A stretch of 64,000 bases of DNA, taken from contig CANJZW010000001.1 of assembly GCA_947479475.1 (NCBI GenBank), positions 15,313 to 79,312 of the forward strand, given 5' to 3'. Both the position numbers and the translations under genes were made by a program. Below the pieces are notes generated by a model. The model was not told the DNA's origin, searched no databases, and saw only the letters and a program-made list of their open reading frames with translations. This stretch comes from Chthoniobacteraceae bacterium (GTDB lineage Bacteria; Verrucomicrobiota; Verrucomicrobiia; Chthoniobacterales; Chthoniobacteraceae). Positions 61,240 to 64,000 of the stretch are shown in pieces (position 1 is the stretch's first letter; each line of letters opens with the position of its first letter).

Positions 61240-63794
61240 CGGACGGAGGGAAGGTCCTGGCGGAAGCTCAGGCGGAGATTCTGGGTCGCAGAGGGAGACT
61301 TCGAGTTTGAGCCAGCAGCAACCCGGGCCAGGCTGCTCCAGCGCGGGGCGCGGGCGGCGAGGCGCTCTGCGGTAACAGCCCCCGGATCCATCCAGATGCC
61401 GTCGGCGTCCACCTGCATGGTGCCTGATTCAAAATCCAGCACGAGTCTTAGAACATTGTATCCCACGCGCATGCTTAGGAAAGCGTTCTGTGCGTCGAGC
61501 AGGTCGCTGAGTGCCGTGACCAAATCGCGCGCGGTCGTCGCACCAATTTGGGCGACAACTCCAGGACGAGGGGGCTCCTCAAGGCGAAAGCGCGCAAGAT
61601 CTACCTGTGAAATCGCGACCTGCACGGCAGAACGGCGGAGCTCAAAGTTCAACTGACAAAGCTCAATAATCCGGAGCGTATTACGAAGACTTTGGTCGAT
61701 CCTGTCCTCAAAAAGCATATAGTCGCGACGGGCCTGCTGGTAGTCGATGAGGGCCTGCCGATAGTTGTTCCTTTCAGCAAGTCGCGAAAGAGGAGTGTCG
61801 AACCGCAGCCCGGCCCGTACAAACCCTGTGCGGCCATCAAAACGCACCGCGTTATTGTTGAGTGTGCCCATGCCTGCTGCCGCACTGAAATCTAGTCCGC
61901 TTTGGAGGGCATTGGCGTAAAAGCCGATTTTCCGCCACGAATCTACAAGACGGGCCCGGGCGTTCATCCAGTCCAGGCGATGCTCCCGTGCGATGGCCAG
62001 CGCCTGAGATTCACTCATCGACACTGGCGGAAGTGTTGCGGTTTCCAGTCTGGTCGCTGTTTGGTTCAGAGACACAGCCAGAAGAAGACTGGATAAGTCA
62101 GCGGCGATATCAACTAACTCCTCGCGTGCCTCTTCGTATTTCTTGGCCTCTGCCAACGCGGCATAACCATGAAGGCGCTCTTTCAGACGATTGAGTTCCT
62201 CTTCGTTTTGTTCTGTCCTGCGCAAGTAGAGCTGTTTGCGGGTGTCGAGGTCTTGTGGGTTTAGGGCCGAGGGTTCGACTCCAAGTTCAGCAGCACTGAG
62301 GCTGTTTGAGAGTTCTTCAAGCTGCCGTTTGCGGGTCGCTGATTCTTTCTCCAGCAATGTTCCATCCTTACGCGCGCCCGCTAGCAGTGTCGTAAATGCC
62401 GGCTCAAGTTTCGAAAGGGCGGTTGAAAATTCGAGAAGATCTTTGGTTTCCTTTACTCTGGATCGATCCCGAAGTTTGTCCTGAAGGCGGTTCAGTTGCC
62501 GGTCTAAAGACGTGCTCTCAGGGTTTGATGTGTTAAAACGATCGAGAACCGGGTCCTGTACCGTTACCGGCAAGTCGGGGGGCAGCCCAAGGTCGACTTT
62601 AAAGGCGTCCACACGGGCCTGGTACGCGGCTTTTGCCGCCAAAAGATCGCTCTGGCTATTGAACAGGGCCAGCCGCGCCTGATCAACCTGGAGGCGGCTG
62701 CTGATGCGCCCCGCGTCGAATGCGGCTAAGAGTTGGTCCATGCTCTGCCGCAGTCGGGCAACGTTGGCTTCCTGATTCTGGATGCGCTGCGTTTCTTCAA
62801 GAAGCCCCAGGAAACCGCTCGCCGCCGGCGCGCCAGTGCGTGAGGCCGGTGTCCCAGCGATAATCCCCAGGCCCGCCGAGCCCACAACTCCAGAGCGGGT
62901 GGGGCCTTCCCCCGAATTCCGGCCCGAGGCGATTCGGACATAGTATCCGAGTTGGAATTGCTGCATCTGCCGCACATTCGCCAATAAAGTACGTTCGGTT
63001 TGCGTGAGTGCTTCTAAAGCTCTGTCTTTGCCTCCAAGCCTCAAAAGGGGTTGCACCAAACTAAGATTTAAAAGCGTACCCGCAGAATCCGTGACTGTAC
63101 TGCCCTTGAAATCCCACACAAATGCATTCGCAAAACTCGCCAATACTTCCGCCCCCGAAGAGGCCAGCCACCGCACACTCCCGTCCGTGAGAACATCGAG
63201 GTGTTGCTGCGGCACTGCCCGGGATGAAACACCCCCTTGATATTTTGCGTCCGCTTCCGCCTTCACCGTCTCGCTTAACGCAAACTTGGGCGAAAGTTGG
63301 TAGCGTTCAAAGGTCACATCCAAGGCCGATAGGTATAAATCTTCGCGCTCCTTCTGGAAGTCTCGCGAATTACACAAACCCAGGCGAACCGCTGATTTGA
63401 GATTCAATTGAACGCTTCCATCCGCACTTTTCGGGAGTAACTCCCGCCAGGCTTCCGATTTTACGACCGCTGACTCCCCTTTTTGATTCCAAGTAGCCGA
63501 CCCGACCCGCCCGTCCACCTTTAGCATCAGGGCATGTGCAATCGGATCGTCCGGCGGCATCGGGGGATGATCCGGGTCAAAAGGATCGAAAAAACGCGAG
63601 GCAGGGGAGGGTTCGATACTCCCACCCTCTCGCAGAGCAATCTCCCCAGGAAGCATTTCCGATTTTCCTGCGATGGCGGCGTAGGCATCCCTGTCGGCTT
63701 TCTGATGGTACAACGCGCGGGAACACCCGATACCTGCGGCTAGCAGGCAAACGGCGCTGAGTGGAACGAGTGTGTTTCTGGGAGACAACCTCAC
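61236..63794 (-). CDS. TolC/OEP family outer-membrane channel, unusually long (about 850 aa)
   Basis: Two OEP-type repeats: LNLKSAVRLGLCNSRDFQKEREDLYLSALDVTFERYQLSPKF, and later LSMSESQALAIAREHRLDWMNARARLVDSWRKIG...NYRQALIDYQQARRDY. They are separated by long heptad-like helical inserts. The ORF opens at a TTG at 63812. The GTG at 63794 gives (M)RLSPRNTLVPLSAVCLLAAGIGCS, a possible lipoprotein-type leader. Confidence 0.8.
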   Translation of the reverse strand: MRLSPRNTLVPLSAVCLLAAGIGCSRALYHQKADRDAYAAIAGKSEMLPGEIALREGGSIEPSPASRFFDPFDPDHPPMPPDDPIAHALMLKVDGRVGSATWNQKGESAVVKSEAWRELLPKSADGSVQLNLKSAVRLGLCNSRDFQKEREDLYLSALDVTFERYQLSPKFALSETVKAEADAKYQGGVSSRAVPQQHLDVLTDGSVRWLASSGAEVLASFANAFVWDFKGSTVTDSAGTLLNLSLVQPLLRLGGKDRALEALTQTERTLLANVRQMQQFQLGYYVRIASGRNSGEGPTRSGVVGSAGLGIIAGTPASRTGAPAASGFLGLLEETQRIQNQEANVARLRQSMDQLLAAFDAGRISSRLQVDQARLALFNSQSDLLAAKAAYQARVDAFKVDLGLPPDLPVTVQDPVLDRFNTSNPESTSLDRQLNRLQDKLRDRSRVKETKDLLEFSTALSKLEPAFTTLLAGARKDGTLLEKESATRKRQLEELSNSLSAAELGVEPSALNPQDLDTRKQLYLRRTEQNEEELNRLKERLHGYAALAEAKKYEEAREELVDIAADLSSLLLAVSLNQTATRLETATLPPVSMSESQALAIAREHRLDWMNARARLVDSWRKIGFYANALQSGLDFSAAAGMGTLNNNAVRFDGRTGFVRAGLRFDTPLSRLAERNNYRQALIDYQQARRDYMLFEDRIDQSLRNTLRIIELCQLNFELRRSAVQVAISQVDLARFRLEEPPRPGVVAQIGATTARDLVTALSDLLDAQNAFLSMRVGYNVLRLVLDFESGTMQVDADGIWMDPGAVTAERLAARAPRWSSLARVAAGSNSKSPSATQNLRLSFRQDLPSVR

Positions 63795-64000
63795 GGAATA
63801 GACTACCCCCAATAAGAGAAAATCTTAGGGACTGCTAAAGGGGAAGGACTGCGCTCTGGGTGGCACGGGCTTAGCCGAGAGGGAGCCGGCTGGACGGGCG
63901 GCGAAGAGCGATGTCTATTTCGCAAAATACGCCAAGCGAAGCTGCGTTGCCTCTATCAAGAGGCACGAATTGACCGCTTGTTGCTTATCGTGTATCGCCG

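Noticed and set aside
63813-64000. Possible partial gene or regulatory region at the right edge
   Set aside because: There is no ORF of useful length in any frame and I recognise no motif. It is left unannotated.

Overview
This is a 64-kb chromosomal fragment with no rRNA, tRNA, CRISPR array, transposase or integrase that I can recognise. I call 35 protein-coding genes, one of them truncated at the left edge, plus a few hairpin terminators and intragenic repeats. The gene content points to the PVC superphylum, most likely Verrucomicrobiota. The markers are PSCyt/DUF1549/DUF1553 proteins paired with DUF1501, a DUF1800-DUF1501 pair, 'PVC-type' beta-propeller/HEAT/cytochrome c giants, a PATR-repeat autotransporter and a Planctomycete-type ECF sigma factor. 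This taxonomic call is inference from remembered family signatures; no search was run.

Main blocks:
- 1..1643: CHASE2-cyclase sensor.
- 1845..9611: a 2588-aa autotransporter with internal repeats.
- 9.7-14.4 kb: HD hydrolase, TPR/DXD glycosyltransferase-like protein and a sulfatase.
- 14.6-21.8 kb: PSCyt protein convergent with a DUF1800-DUF1501-pseudopilin-like operon.
- 22.2-34.3 kb: two giant beta-propeller/cytochrome c fusions bracketing MFS, KdaD-like and KGSADH-like genes.
- 34.4-39.5 kb: pfk, rpmB, a PhoA-like protein with eroded metal ligands, and rfbB.
- 39.7-46.5 kb: DUF1501, PSCyt, ECF sigma and anti-sigma.
- 46.6-50.8 kb: flavoprotein disulfide reductase, Tat-exported NHL propeller and CocE/NonD hydrolase.
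- 50.8-57.2 kb: PSCyt-DUF1501 pair divergent from AraC and an aldo/keto reductase.
- 57.4-63.8 kb: a TolC-MFP-MacB operon with an oversized TolC and a small tail-anchored ORF.

The best candidate for an undescribed system is the recurrent pairing of a Sec-exported heme protein with a Tat-exported hydrolase-like protein (PSCyt/DUF1553 or DUF1800 with DUF1501). The cytochrome-fusion plus sugar-acid cassette is second. All family names come from motif recognition by eye and need HMM confirmation.
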